This document shows positions 29,412 to 44,546 of a stretch of DNA of 64,000 nt, piece after piece. The stretch lies in assembly GCF_009914755.1 (NCBI RefSeq), contig NC_060932.1. The stretch is one strand, 5' to 3'. The translations under genes were made by a program, and so were the position numbers. Source of the stretch: the human T2T-CHM13v2.0 reference genome, Homo sapiens. The notes below the pieces were generated by a model. That model had not been told where the DNA came from. It did no database searches and was given only the letters and a program-made list of their open reading frames with translations. Positions within the stretch are counted from its first letter, which is position 1. Every line of letters starts with the position of its first letter.

Positions 29412-31639
29412 ATTTTCATTCAAGGTTTACTTATTGAGCCTCTATCCAGTAGCTGGCACTTTCCTTTTGCTTTTTGAGACCAGTCTAAAAGAAAAAAAGA
29501 CCACATATGCAAACACATCTTCATTTTAAAGCCTTGCCATCTATATTTATTTCTTTATGGCACGATATGGTTCATCTTCCTTCTGTGTATTGTTAGCTCT
29601 ATGAGGCCAGGAACGATGTCTGTTTCTATTGTGAATCACCACCATATTCACAGCACCAGCAGAGTGTGGGGCATATAGTAGGTTCTCAATAAATATTCTG
29701 CATGAATAAATTAATTAGTTGACATCTTTTCTTTCTGCTCCTGATGCCAATATTTTTTGTCTGGATGTCATTTATATCTCATACATCCTAAAACACAGAC
29801 TTAGAGTCAGAATTTCTGGGATAGACTATTGGCTTTGTAAATTCCTAGCTCTTGGGAAAGTTCTTTAATCTCTTCATCTGTACTTGTATTTTTTATCTGT
29901 AAAATGGAAGAATCATAGTGCTTGCCTCATCAGTTTGTTATGTGTATTAAATAGCATAATGACCATGACTAGAAGACACACGCACACACAAACACATACA
30001 CGTCAGTGACAGAGCTATGATTTGAACTCAGTTCTGTGTACTCCAAAAATTGTTCTCTTTGCAGAACATTTGCCCAAACACACATTTATTAAACAACTAC
30101 TATATTCCAGTTGTTATTATAATGCCCATTTTATAGGTAATCAAACAGAGCTTTAGCAAATTTAAATTATCTGCATGGGTAACCCAACAAGAAATCTGTG
30201 AAGATGAGGTCCCTTCCATGACTCCAATTTTTGTTCTTTATTTTCAGGAAAGCAACTACCACAAACAATGTTGTTTCTTGTGTTTCCCCTAGATTTATGG
30301 CCCCAAATTACCCAGAATACATCAAGGCCATGACTATTTTTCACAGCTAAGTGGATCTTCTACTCAAAATTTATTGTAGTTCATGGCAAGAATTTGAAGG
30401 TTATAAAAGTCTAGCAATAAAACACCCTGAAACTTACAGTTTGAGTGAAAATTGCTGAAATTAATATTAGGGTTATAATTTGTCTTCCCTATTTTCCACA
30501 TATTTTATGACCACTGTAGAGAGTTTTTGTTGTTGTTGGTTTTTAGTGAGTGGTAATGAGGGATGCATCTGACATTGTTAACGAGCCCTGTGTATGCCTG
30601 GTATTGAAGGTGATGGAAAAGAATCCTGAGACATCATATTTCTCTTTGATGCAATATCCAATTTCTTATTATAAATCACTGTTTCCATTTATTTAATGGT
30701 GTCATGTTTGAATTAATTCACTCATTAGTTCAACAACTCTTTATTGAGACATAATATGTGTGAGGTATTATGCTAGGTATAGAAAATATAAACATGAGTA
30801 AGAAACATTCCTGAAATTCAAACAGCATAGAGTCTAGTGGAAATAACTCTAGTACCAAAAGTTTTATGCATTATTGAAAAAATAAAGAAATAAAGTACGA
30901 CTTGCTCCTTAGAGTCTAAGTAAGACTATATTCTCCTCAGTGTGGCATTTATGCTGTAAGTACAAAATATAAACATTAATTCCACTAACATTATATGTTT
31001 TCATTCAGAAAGTTTAGGGCTTTATTTTTCTCCAAAGGCAGGCAAAGAGATTCATTTTTAGGAGATGGAAACATTTTGAACTTACACATCTCCGGATCTG
31101 ATTCTAAAATTGAGTTCACTAAAATGTAAGCTCCATAACTGAAACTTTAATAGACTAAAAAGTCTATTTGTTCACAAGTGCTTAAAATACTTTGCCTGAC
31201 TCATAATGTGTGATAAATATTTGTTGAAGAATATGAGAACACATGTGGGGAAAGGACAGTCTCTTCAATAAATGGTGTTGGGAAAACTGGATATTCACAC
31301 CCAGGGGAATAAATGTATGGAAGTAACTCATTGTGTGATACTGGCTTAATTATTTAACTTCGCTGGGCAGAGAATGAATCTGTGTTCTTGTTCTCTCCAC
31401 CTAGGATACGGAATAATTACAGGAAAATTATACAACCTCTTAGACTGGTACCTTTAGAAATCATGGTGTGCAGTCTTTCCTGTGCCATTGGCATTATCCC
31501 TCAGCCACTGTCCTTCCCTAATTCAATTGTCTCATTTCTTCCACAGCACCAAACTTTCTGCCCTGCCCTACAGTGGCACATTCTTTCCGAATCCCCCATT
31601 TGTATGTGGAGGAAAGCAAGTCTTTTCTTTCCTCTAAGG

Positions 31640-32370
31640 GTGGTCATTTGAGTTGTGCATCATGGTTCATACCCTCCCACTGCTAGGGACACACTCCATT
31701 ATCCCCCTTTCCCGTTATAAACTGGCTTTTTCCAACAGCATTTAAACATCTTAAAATCTCCTTTTGTTAAACAAGGAAAAAAGGGTGGGGCGAACAACCT
31801 CCAGCAACTCCTCTTTTCCCTTCAGCTACTTCTTTATCCCCTTTTCTGCAGGATCAACTTCTTGAGAGATTTGTCTACATCAACTGGATCACCTGACATT
31901 ATTATTCTGAATTCATTTTAATTTGGCCTCCTCCTTCATGTTGCCCTGAAATGTCCTTACCTAGATTATCTGTAGTCTCAGTGGTTAGGGATAACAAGTG
32001 CTTTTTAGTCCTCCTCTTACCTGAATTCTCAAGCTCTCAAGAGGTTCGCTCCTCTCTTCCTACTTGAACTGTCTCTTTTCTTAGTTCTAGCTTTGTGCCT
32101 TTGCACATCACAAATGTGTTCTATTCAGTAGACTTTGCTGGCTGTTATTGCAATGTCTACCCTTCACATAAGTGACCTTGGGCTTCTGTTCCAGGCCCTC
32201 TCCCTTTCTCACTCTGTGTACTTCTTATGCTATCTCATCCACACTCACAGCTCTATTTTATTACCTATTTATCAATTCCCAAATTCTCTCTTGAATTTTA
32301 TTTAGCATTCTGAATTTTACCTCATTTGGAAAACCTACAATCCCCTAAAATAAACATGTAAAAATTGTTA
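31640..32370 (+). mobile_element. L2 internal fragment
   Basis: Pyrimidine-rich L2 ORF text (ttagtcctcctcttacctga, ccaggccctctccctttctcactct). Confidence 0.5.
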
Positions 32371-32566
32371 TTGATACTATGATACATTCTCTAAGTGGTT
32401 GGGGCCCTTTGGGCAGGAAATTATCTTGGATAATTTGAAGACCAGCTGAGGGAGGAGATCAGCGGAGCACCAGTAAGGAGCCTGCTGATCAAAAACAGGA
32501 TGCGGTAAGGAAATTGGCTGAAACCAGCAGATGGTGACGAAAGCAACCTCTGGTTGCCCTCACTGA

Positions 32567-32895
<329 letters not shown>

Positions 32896-32985
32896 GTCCT
32901 CACAGATCATTATTAAAGACACTCCCACTGGTACTATGACAGTTTACAAATGCCATGGCAACCACCTAGAAGTTACCTCATATGG

Positions 32986-32994
32986 TTCCAGGAA
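32986..32994. promoter_or_regulatory. GAS (STAT) motif TTCCAGGAA in MER41-like LTR
   Basis: Exact match to TTCCNGGAA. A degenerate partner TTTCTAGAA lies at 33007-33015. Function not shown. Confidence 0.45.
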
Positions 32995-35900
32995 GTCCTC
33001 GCTTCTTTTCTAGAAAATTCTGAATAATCCTCCCTTTAATTAGCATATAGTCAAGAGTGGATATAACTGTAGCCAGCCAGCAATCCATGCTGTGGCTGCT
33101 GCTCCCATGCTGTGGGAGCAGACATTTTGCTGTACACTGTTACTCTAATAAGCTTGCTTATTTTCACTGCTCAGTTACCCTTGAATTCTTTCCTAAGTGA
33201 AGCCAAGAACGCTTTTGGGCTAAGCCCAAACTTGGTGTGTGCCTGCATCACAACCAACATAATTCTAAGAGAAATATCTTGGCACGTGGTATCCAGCATT
33301 AAAACTAGTTAAGCAACATTGTGGCCCAAGTACAATTTAGAAAAAGGTGCATGCACACTTATTTTATAAGCCAAATTTCCATAATCTCCACTTAAGTTCA
33401 TTTCTCTCACAACTTAATAACTCTATGAGGGAGTCATTAAGAAATTCTAACATACTTGTCAAGGTTTTGCCCTTTGTGCAAAATCCTTACTCATCACATA
33501 TCATCACAAAGAAATTTATTTCCTGATATTCCAAATAAACCATGACATTCCAAATAAACCATGACCATGATAGGATTTGTCACCAGTAAACAAGTGAGCA
33601 TCATCGGTGAATCTTATTCAAACCATAGAGAGAGGACAGTGCCTTGCAGAAGGTCATCTGTGAAACACAAAGTGGTGGGGGTGTGGATTTATTTGTCACT
33701 TTTATCTAGGGTCACAGAGTTATGGTTAAATTCAACATTATTATGGTATACCTCAGTAATCTCTCACATGGTTTTAAACTCTATAAAGACAAGAATTGAG
33801 TTAACTCCCTACAAATTTGTGTTCCTAAATCAGTCCAGTGCCTGTAGAATAGTATTACTGTTTGATGAGTGCATTCATGAGGAATGAATAAATGAATAAA
33901 TTGATGGGTAAAAGACATGATTTTCTTTGTATAAACTCCTATTTTACCTTCTTTACATGCATCTAATTTATGACACAAATCACTGTCTACTAGCAAATGT
34001 ATCTGCCTTATGGGTATGTAATTTTCAATACTAGGCTGAAATGCACACATGGCTTTTAGGTATATGGGAACAATTAAATCTTCAGATCATCTTCACGTAT
34101 TTACATTTTATGTCAATTACCATCTACATTGAGTGTCACAATAGATCCTTGGAAACAAAACTGAAGACTTACCTTTTATTTCAGTCGAATGTCACTAAAG
34201 AACTAACAGCATAAGTTGCCACAGTGAGAGAGAATCACATAAAATAGAAAGAGTAGGGGGTTTGGATTCAGATAAACCCAGGTTCAAATCGCAGTTCCCT
34301 AAAAGAATGACCATGGACAAGTTAGTTAACTTCTCAAACCTCAGTTAATTCATCTACAAGATGTGAATAATTAAGATAATCCTGAAGAAGGAGTAGAGAA
34401 TTTACCATGTGCCTTCTTCCATTTTCTGCTCTTGGTTTACATTACAGGCATAATTTTTTTTAACTGAACCCAATTGAAACCCAATATTTCTTTTTAAAAC
34501 ATGCTCAAGGTAGCCATAACCAGACCAGAATCCATGCCAGACATGAACTTGTCATCTGTTCTCTATAGAATTTTATAAGGACTACAGCTAATGCATATGA
34601 AGTCTCAATATATATCAGATGTTCACTGCCTGGTATTGGTATCATAATAATTTCTGGTTTATGTGAACCAGGCTTGAGATTAATAACCAGTGGGTCACTG
34701 AAGAGTTGCCCAGGCATTGGTCTTAATAACAATATCTTCAGCACTCCTTTGTGCCAAGCTTACCAAATCTGGAAATAATGCAGTAGTGCCATAATCTCCA
34801 GAGGGTGAAGTGTAGAGCTAATCTTCCACCTAGTCAGCCCAGTTAGCTTCTTGGAGCCAATTTTTCTCATGTATAAAATCGGAGTGATCATAGCATCTAC
34901 CTCATAGGATTACTGGGAGAGTAATTGAGATGCTAGACATAGCACACTGAACACAAAGCTGAGCACATTATTTGGCACTCTGTAAGTGGAAGTTGCTTTT
35001 TTTCTTGGAAACATAGACCCTGGCACAATGGATGATCAGAAAGAAGATTGTTTCTGGTTGAAAATTCATCAATGAGTCCATTAAATTTCAGTGACAAATT
35101 GAATTTAAGTCACATTTCAATATGTAACAGACTCACTTGGTTGCAAGACAAATCAAACTCATTCTATTTTAAGCATATGAAAACCAGTGAAATACAAGGG
35201 TGATTCTACTGGCAGGCCAGATATAGGAACCAATTTTTTCAAAGCTTCCTTTCTCAGTTATAGTCCCCTCTTTCCTGAATGTGGGCTTTCCTCCAATGAC
35301 TGGAAGAGAACATCGCCTAAAGCAACTCCAGACACAAATAAGTTCGGCTTAGCACGTTGAATAAAGGGAGAAATTCTCTCAAATCAGTCAAGATAATTCT
35401 GATTGGCTCAACTTGCATCACACACTCATCCATGGACTAATAGGTCTGGTCAAATACCTAGACCCTTTCTCAAAGAAAAGGATCTATTGCATGAAGGAAA
35501 ATATAGCACAGTAGGCAGAAGCATTGAAAGGAGGGAAGGCTTTATGAGAAAAAGAAGACTGAAGCAAAAGAAAGAATGAGTAGAATTTGGATTTGTGGAG
35601 AAAACAAGAAAATGCTACTTTTGGCAAAACAATTTTAACCACAGCTATAGCCACTTATATATTGATGCCTAACATATTAATAGTTTGTGCCTATATTGAC
35701 TTTCATAAACTCAATGGTTTGGAGTCCCTTATTATACAAAGTGAAAAGCCCACTGGCAGTTGAGGTAAGCTAAGAAAGAGAAAACAGTACATACATGTTA
35801 TTTTGCCTAGACCAAAATGGGAAAATAGTAATCACAAATTAGCAACAATATTATGATAATAACAAATACCTTTTACTGAGTGTTAGGCACTGCAATATGA

Positions 35901-36474
35901 CAGTTGTATATATTATGTTTAATTCTCCAAGCAGCCCTCCAGAAAGATAGCATTCTTTTACCAACGAATAAATGGAAGCTTAAAAAGTTATTTGCCCAAC
36001 CATTAATTTCTAAGCTTGATTCAAATTCATTTTATTCACTCAACATAATTTTACTGACTACCTGCTATATGTTACTCTCCAAACTTACAACTGGCATAGA
36101 TTGTGAACAAGACAGAGAGTTTCTCTGCTCCTGGAGCTTACTGCACCACCCTGTCTTTTTAATGAGCTGAATAAACTACAGTTTCAGGGTAGAAAAAGAA
36201 TTTTCACATTAATATTCTCTAATTTGTTAACTGATTAACAGAAACAGAAATTATTCTTTGAACTGTTGAGTGCCCTGTTCTAATTCATCTAGATTTTCTA
36301 CAGATCTAGGGAAAACATTTTAAAAATTTAAATTACATCTATAAAAAATATTTCTACCAAAACCAAGCAAAGTCTTATATAACTTCTGAGATGTAGAGTC
36401 AATATTCTATTTTTGCTTGGAGTAAGAAGTACATATTCTCATTAGTGGGCAGGCTAGACAAGATTATTTGATTT

Positions 36475-37686
36475 CTAATTTTTTTTAATTTTTAATTTTT
36501 GTGCTTCATCATAAGTGTATGTATTTATGGGGCACATGTGATGTTTTGATGCAGGCCTGCAATGTGAAATACTCATGTCATGGAGAATGGGGTATCCACC
36601 TCCTCAGCCTTTGTCCTTTGTGTTACAAACAATCCAATTACACTCCTTTCATTATTTAAAAATGTACAATTAAGTTATTGACTATAGTCACCCTGTTGTG
36701 CTATCAAATAGTGGGTCTTATTCATTCTTTCTATTTTTTTATAATCATTAACCATCCCCACCTCTCCCCATTCCCCCACTACCCTTTTCAGCCTCTGGTA
36801 ATCATCCTTCTTCTCTCTATGTCCATAAGTTCAATTGTTTTGATTTTTACATCACACAAATAAGTGAGATCATGTGATGTTTGTATTTCTGTGCCTGACT
36901 ATTTCAGTGAGCATAATGATCTCCAGTTCCATTCCTGTTGTTGCAAATGACGGATCTCATTCTTTTTAATGGCTGAATAGTACTCCATTGTGTATATATA
37001 CCATATTTTCTCTATCTGGTCATCTGTTGATGGACACTTAGGTTGCTTCCAAATCTTAGCTATTGTGAACAGTGCTGCAACAAAGAGTGCAGATGTATCT
37101 TCAATATACTGATTCCCTGTCTTTTGGGTTTATACCCAGTAGTGGGATTGCTGGAACATATAGTAGCCCTATTTTTAGTTTTTTTTGAGAAATCTTCAAA
37201 CTGTTCTCCATAGTTGTTGTTCTAAGGTACATTCCCACCAACACTGCATGAGGGTTCCCTTTCCTCTGCATGCTTGCCAGCATTCATTATTGCCTGTCTT
37301 TTGGATAAAAGCCATTTTAATTGGTGTAAGATGATATTGTGGATTTGATTTGCATTTCCTCTATGATCAGTGATGTTGAGCACCTTTTCATATAACTGTT
37401 TGTCACTTGTATGTCTTCTTTTGAGAAATGTCTATTCTGATCTTTTGTCCATTTTTTAATCAGATTATTAGATTTTTTCTACAAAGTTGTTTGAGCTCCT
37501 TATATATTTTGGTTATTAATCCCCTGTCAGATGGGTAGGTGGCAAATATTTTCTCCCATTCTGTGGGTTGTCTCTCCACTTTGTTGATTGTTTCCTTTGC
37601 TGTGCAGAAGCTTTTTAACTTGATGTGATCCCAAGTGTCCATTTTTGTTTTGGTTGCCTGTGCCAGTTGAATATTGTTCAATAAAT
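36475..37686 (-). mobile_element. L1MA (MA2/3-like) 5'-truncated element
   Basis: 3'UTR plus ORF2 end ([31 protein letters not shown]). Perfect 14-bp TSD agattatttgattt at 36461-36474 and 37687-37700. Confidence 0.93.
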
Positions 37687-40600
37687 AGATTATTTGATTT
37701 TATTATGTTATTTTCTTATATAGAACCTCTGTGTTGGTTCAAAATATACAAAAATATTATGAATTATTCATTCACTCAAAATATATTTAGTTAGCATTTA
37801 CATAATAAGTAATTATCCAGCATCCACCTATATTTCTATCTAGAGTGCCTGCTACCCCTAAGGTCACTCATTCCATTGCTGTGTAGATTTTCTTTGTATA
37901 TGGTCCAGATGCCCTCTAAAGCATCCTCTCCTTCATTCTGGCATCTGTTTGAAGTTATCGTGAATAAATGTACAATTTTATTCTATTCATTTATTTCATT
38001 TTTCAAGAGCAGCGTAAATCTTTGCAGATCAATTATTAACCCAGCTAAATCATCCCTGAATTTTAGCTATTCTTTTATTTTTATTTTATAGTTTAAAAAC
38101 TCATAGAAATAAAACTATAGACATCATAGAAGATAAACTTTTGGAGAAAACAATTTTATATATAACCAATATTAACATATGATATAATCTCCCATACTTT
38201 GTCTTATGCTTAGGTGTATACATATGATAATTTCTAAACAAATATTCATTCAAGTTTATACAATACACTCTATATTATAAACTTTCTGCATCAGTAAACA
38301 GCAATTTAAGATTTCATTTTATGGCTACATATTACACCGTTGTGAACACTATAATGTATTTAACTAATCACAATTTTAAGAATTCATTGAATTTCCAATA
38401 GCTCAAAATGCAAAAAAAAAAACAAAAAAAAAAAAAACCAGCAATTTTGCAATGTTATCTTTGCTGCACTTGTTCTTTTTTTGAATAAATTTCTAGGAGT
38501 GTGAGAGTTGTGTCACAGCACATCAGCACATACAGTTTTTAAAGTTCTTGTGTGTGCTTCCAAGATACATCCAGAAATACTGTAGCAGTCAATTTTCATT
38601 TCAACAGTGCATAAGAAGGACTTTCCCCCTACAACCACACTAACACTGGGTATTACAATTTTCTCTTTCAAAACAGTGCATCAACTGTCACCTATTTGTC
38701 CTGGGGAGCCATTCCAATTTGCTAGCGTTTCTCAAAATGTTGGCTGTTTGTAATTAATTATGGTTTTAAGTGCAAAATGGCTGATGCAGAGTAGGACTGA
38801 TTTATGCCTTCCTTGTTCTAAATACAATTTCCCTAAATAAAACTACGATTACAAAGGTTTCTGGCAGCACTATCAAACTGGTTTATCACAAAGGAGTTGA
38901 GCTCATTACCATCATTCATATAGTCCCTTTATTTTATCTTATAACTTCCGATGTCAACTTTTACAACCCAAAGCACTGCACTCAAGTTAAACAAATCAAC
39001 TCCAAAAACTAGAATTAAAGAATCCTCACTTCCTACAAGTTAAAATGAGAATCTTCAGTGCAATACAAATAACATGAAAAATTAGCTGGGAGGAAACATC
39101 CAAAAGGGAACTTCAGATAGAAAACAATTAGCTTTGTTCCTCCAGCAGGCAAAAGAATATTGTGGCTTCAATTTTTCTTTTGATTCCATTTAATTTTCTT
39201 TCATTGGCAATTATCCTATTAAACTGGCTCTTTTGTTTTTGCATAAGTAATTAATCCCTCAGAGCTCAAGATTACCTCCTTCAATGGCAAAATTTAGCCC
39301 TGTGCAGTTTTTCCAGGATTTTGAAGGCTGCAAAGCTCTTGTAAAAGTGACCGTGCTCTAGACTTTTCCTGAGATCAGTCTCCTAGAGACCCTGGGAAGG
39401 AAACTCTCTGAGCATCTATTAAAGGAGAGAAATAAAGTGTATGTAGCTACTATTTCCAGGTGTGAGGTTTTTGCCTGCAGCCCATTTAAGAAGCTAGTGC
39501 TCTAATTTTAAAACTCAAATTTAGTTCAAGCAGTATTTATTGAGTACATACTACAGGGTGAGGACTGAGGACTCTGAGAAAGGATTATTTCTTGCCTTAA
39601 AAACAAAATAAAACAAAAACCAAAAAATTATAGCTGGTGAAATGCACATAATTTTGAGAATAGAAAAGACCAGTGGGTTTTGGAGTTTGGAAAAAAGACC
39701 AATCTCTGTTCAAATCACAGATTTGCTACTACCTGACTCTGTAGCCTTGGACAACCTTCAAAGTCTCAGCTTATTCACCTAGATTCCAGACCAAGAAATG
39801 AGGATGGTGAAATCTGAAACAAGTGGATGAACTAGGTAAGAGTCTTGTAAATACCATGGGATCATCATCGTCAAAGGGGTATTCACTGGTAGCAGTAATA
39901 TAAGGAAACCCCATCACAAGGTAAAATACAGATATCAAAATTTAAACAACATATGGTTGTATTATGGGGATGTTAAAGCAAGGATCAAGGCAAGCCTGTG
40001 CAGACAGCTAGTCAGGAGTTCCGCCCGGCCTTCTGTGCTCTCCAATTATTTCCGTGTTTCTATTTAGTTTGGGGCCAACAGGATGTGGTCTACTTCAGCT
40101 TGACTGTTGAGGGGATTATTGTGATTATGCTTCTGTGGCCCACCGGAGCTTGAAGGACAAAAAAATCTTATTCCAAAAATCTCCTGGCTGGAGACCGGGA
40201 GATTGATCCAATCCAGAGAGACATGAAACACCAGGGGGCTATTAGAGGTATTAGGGATGTGAAGATCTTATTTGTCCTTTCTTGCATTTTCTCTGCTATT
40301 TGTTGCCTGACTTTACTCTCACTTTCATCTCTTCCTTCTCCTGTGCAAAGTAAGAATTTTAGCTCACCCTGTTTGATGGTGGCTGAACCAAGACAGAAAG
40401 TATCCTCATTATGGCAGAATTTATATCTTTGTGGAGAACAGTATTAAAGGGGTCAGGAGCTAGTGTTACTCTATTTATGATAGATACGTTATTCTGGAAG
40501 GTCTGGCACAGAAGTTCCACACACTCAAATACACATGAAATATTCTGTCTCACAGCATTACCTTGAGAATCAGCCTGGATTCTTGATTCCAAGAATAAGG

Positions 40601-42178
40601 GCACTAGGAGCAGGACCTCACATAGCAGCTAGAGGGATGTCCTTGGGGAAGGCACCTGATCAGAGCTGGGAGAGAGGCCTCAGGCCATTTGGGGGAACCA
40701 GGTGTCAGCAAAATGGCCCTTTCCAGCATGGAACCAGATTGCTGATATGAGGAACAAAGGATTCTTTTAAATCAGGATAGTTAATTGGAATCCACAGGTG
40801 TTAAGAATGTCATGATTGGGTCTCAGAGATCTATGGACCCATAGATAGCAATACAAAAAGCAGTTTTGCTGGAGAAAGAAAGGGTTTACTACTAGCATGA
40901 TATTCTCAAAGGAGTTCCTAGTCCCCCAATAAGTAAAACCAAGTATAATACTTTAACTAGATGATATTCTTCATGTATTAAAACAGGAAGTGATTGGCAC
41001 AGAGTCAGACTCAATGGGATATTTAGAAATGTCACACTACACATACTGAGCTCATAAAATATTACAGGCAGTAAACAAGCAGGAGGAATTTAAAAAACTA
41101 CCAAAAGGCACTCAGAATCCTTCAAGAGGGACAATTACTTGACCTAATTGCTGAAACAGGGCCTCTGCGATGCCCAAAGCATTTGCAACTTCCCATTTCA
41201 TTGAAGACATTGCTTTAAACATAATTACATTTAATGAAATAAAGGCCATGTGAGTGATGACAGAGCATAATTAATAAGATGTTGGAATTGAAAACTAGCT
41301 TTTAAAAGTTCAAAGGTGCAGCTCATCACCAGCTGCCTTTCCTATTCTATTGGCCAGCATCACTCTGAGCCTACTGACTCTTATTTGCTTATTTTGCAAA
41401 TAGGTCACTATTTCTTTAATAGATTAAAGAAAGGGAAACAAATGAAGAAATTGCCCCCAAAGAAGCACACTAAAATAAGGAAACAGAGAAATTCCAAACA
41501 GGGAAAGAAACAGATGGACCAATTCAAAAAGAGTAGCGTTCTGAAATCATTTAATGTAGAAATAAGGATTCCTATATACTTCAATAGAGCTTTAGTACAT
41601 AATTATAGAATTCTACTGTAAACATTTCAAAAATTTGCCTCTTCTTAAACATAATGGTATAGGCTAATCTGATTGTTTGAGTATTTTGTGTGTCCTGTGC
41701 ATCTCTTTAACCTCTCCAAGTATGACTGCCTTCTTCATGGTTAATTTCAAATATATAAAGTGATACCATGTGGAAGGGGATAGAGATTTTCTTAGTGTTG
41801 CTTAATTAAAAGCTAGGATGGAAGTTATCAGAAAGCAGATTTTAGTTGAATATAGGAAAATAGTTTTTAGTAATTAGTGCTAACTTTATGGGGAATAAGC
41901 TGCTTTTTGAAGTCATGAGCTTATAATTTGTAAAGGTGTTCAAATAAGGCAAGACACCCCATCAGGGATGTTATAAAAATGATTTATACATTGAATTGAC
42001 ATATAAAGTAGCAAAACAAATCCAGATTCTGTGATCAAAGAGCTTGATTCAAACAAGTATAAGAGAATTTCCATACTAAGCCTTTGTAAAATTCCACATT
42101 GAATTATAATACTTGTGTACTCTTCATGGTGGTGATTCCTGTCTACTAAGAAAGGGAAGCAGGAGGCAGGAGGAATGG

Positions 42179-42256
42179 TTTTGAAGGCCATTCATAGGCT
42201 CTTAAACTCATATTGAATTTTGAAGGCCATTCATAGGCTCTTAAACTCATATTGAA
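42179..42256. repeat. Perfect 39-bp tandem duplication
   Basis: ttttgaaggccattcataggctcttaaactcatattgaa x2. Confidence 0.97.
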
Positions 42257-43656
42257 GAGTTCAATTGTAGGGAGGCTTCTATTTCTGTACATCTTTCAGG
42301 TGAATTTTCAGGGTCCAGTGGAGATGGGATGTAATAAGTTAAAGCCTCGCTCAAACTCTCATAGAAGTAAGTGTGCTGAGAACTGTTTATATCATGGATT
42401 CTATCTAGCTGATGAGAAAAACAAAATGAATACAAAAAAAAGAAAAAAAGAAAATTACTTGTGGTTTAGAGTTTACCGGGAATTTTAAAAGGGAGTAATG
42501 GAGAACCACAAAACACCTCTGCCACGGTTAGAATGGATGGGCACCGCTCAGGAGAAGTGGAGCTGGCCCTCCTGGGAGGAATCTGTCTCTGCATGCCTCA
42601 GAATTGGCTAAATGGGTGCACAAAAGGATTGGTGTTCCAACAGCACACAAAAGGAAGGTTCTATGCTGGTGAATATTGAGGACCCTGTAGAAGAAGGTAC
42701 AGTAACTTTTCAGGAAATCCACTTGTCCTGTTCCTAAACCACCCTATCCTAGCAACTCATACAAAATGCAATCTCTTGTTTTACAAACTCAGTATTCCTA
42801 GACTCTCTCTCTCCTTCCACTAATAGAATGATATCTAATGCACCTGCCAGTCCGCAGTGCTTGCCATTCTTGGAATATGCCATGCACACTTGAGCATCAG
42901 GAACTATATACAGTCATCCCTTTGTCTGGAACACCCCTCCATTCCACTACTACCATCACAGGCAAAAATGTAGTAAAGATTGTGCATTACCAAGGTCAGT
43001 TTCCTTTCCAGTATGACTTTTCACTTTGTATTTTAATTGTAAATTAATCTGTGCTCACACCCATTCACAGATTTATTTATTGCTGTATCTACAGTGCCTG
43101 AAATGATGCCCAGCATGCAGTAGTGGCCAAGTAAATGATGTTGACTAAATAAAGAAGGCAAAAAAAAGTTGCTTCTTGAATGAGGTATGACATTTTCTTC
43201 CTATTGACTCCCAGTTCTATTTCTCTATCTGGACATCATCATCCAAAACATACTTGAGGCAAATAAACACATCGTGGACATCAACATGCAATCCATACTT
43301 GAGAAAGAAAGCCGTTTTTCATATGGTGTCCTGAAGAGTTCTGGCTCAAACTCAGCATCAGAAGTATGGACTTCTACCTTTTCCTTCAGGCAGTGATGGA
43401 AATTGATTGTCAGGAGAAATGAGGCAATGAAGATTTACAAGTACAAGATTTACTAAATATGCCCATCTTAACTGGAATTAGCAGGAGAAGCCACAAATTG
43501 GAACATCTCCAGAAGTTTTCAAACACACTTGGACTTATATATCTCTGCAAGAAAAAAGGAGATAGAGAAAAAAACAACTTCCCCTTCCATTGTTTTCTGT
43601 TTTCACTCCATTTTTCCCAAATTAGATGTGTGTAGTTACCTCCTTGTATATCCAGA

Positions 43657-44168
<512 letters not shown>

Positions 44169-44185
44169 ATTGGAGGAATGCAGAC

Positions 44186-44546
44186 TGTATTAGTTTGTTC
44201 TCACACTGCTAATAAAGACATAGCCAAGACTGGGTGATTTATAAAGGAAAGAGGCTTAATGGAATCACAGTTCCACATGGCTGGGGAGGCCTCACAATCA
44301 TGGTGGAAGGCAAAGGAAGAGCAAAGGTACATCTGACATGGTGGCAGGCAAGAGAGAGTATGTGCAGGGGAACTTCCATTTATAAAACCATCAGATCACG
44401 TGAGACTTATTCACTATCACAAGAACAGCATAGGAAAGACCCACGCTCATAGTTCAGTTACTTCCCACTGAGTCTTTCTGATGACACATGGAAATTATAG
44501 GAGCTACAATTCAAGATTTGGGTGGGGACACAGCCAAACCATATCA
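44186..44546 (-). mobile_element. THE1C/D solo LTR
   Basis: tgtattagtttgttctcacactgctaataaagac...ggggacacagccaaaccatatca. Near-TSD cagac/aagac. Confidence 0.95.

Noticed and set aside
42179-42256. CRISPR-length (39 bp) direct repeat
   Set aside because: Two abutting copies with no spacer, no cas genes, and a primate genomic context.
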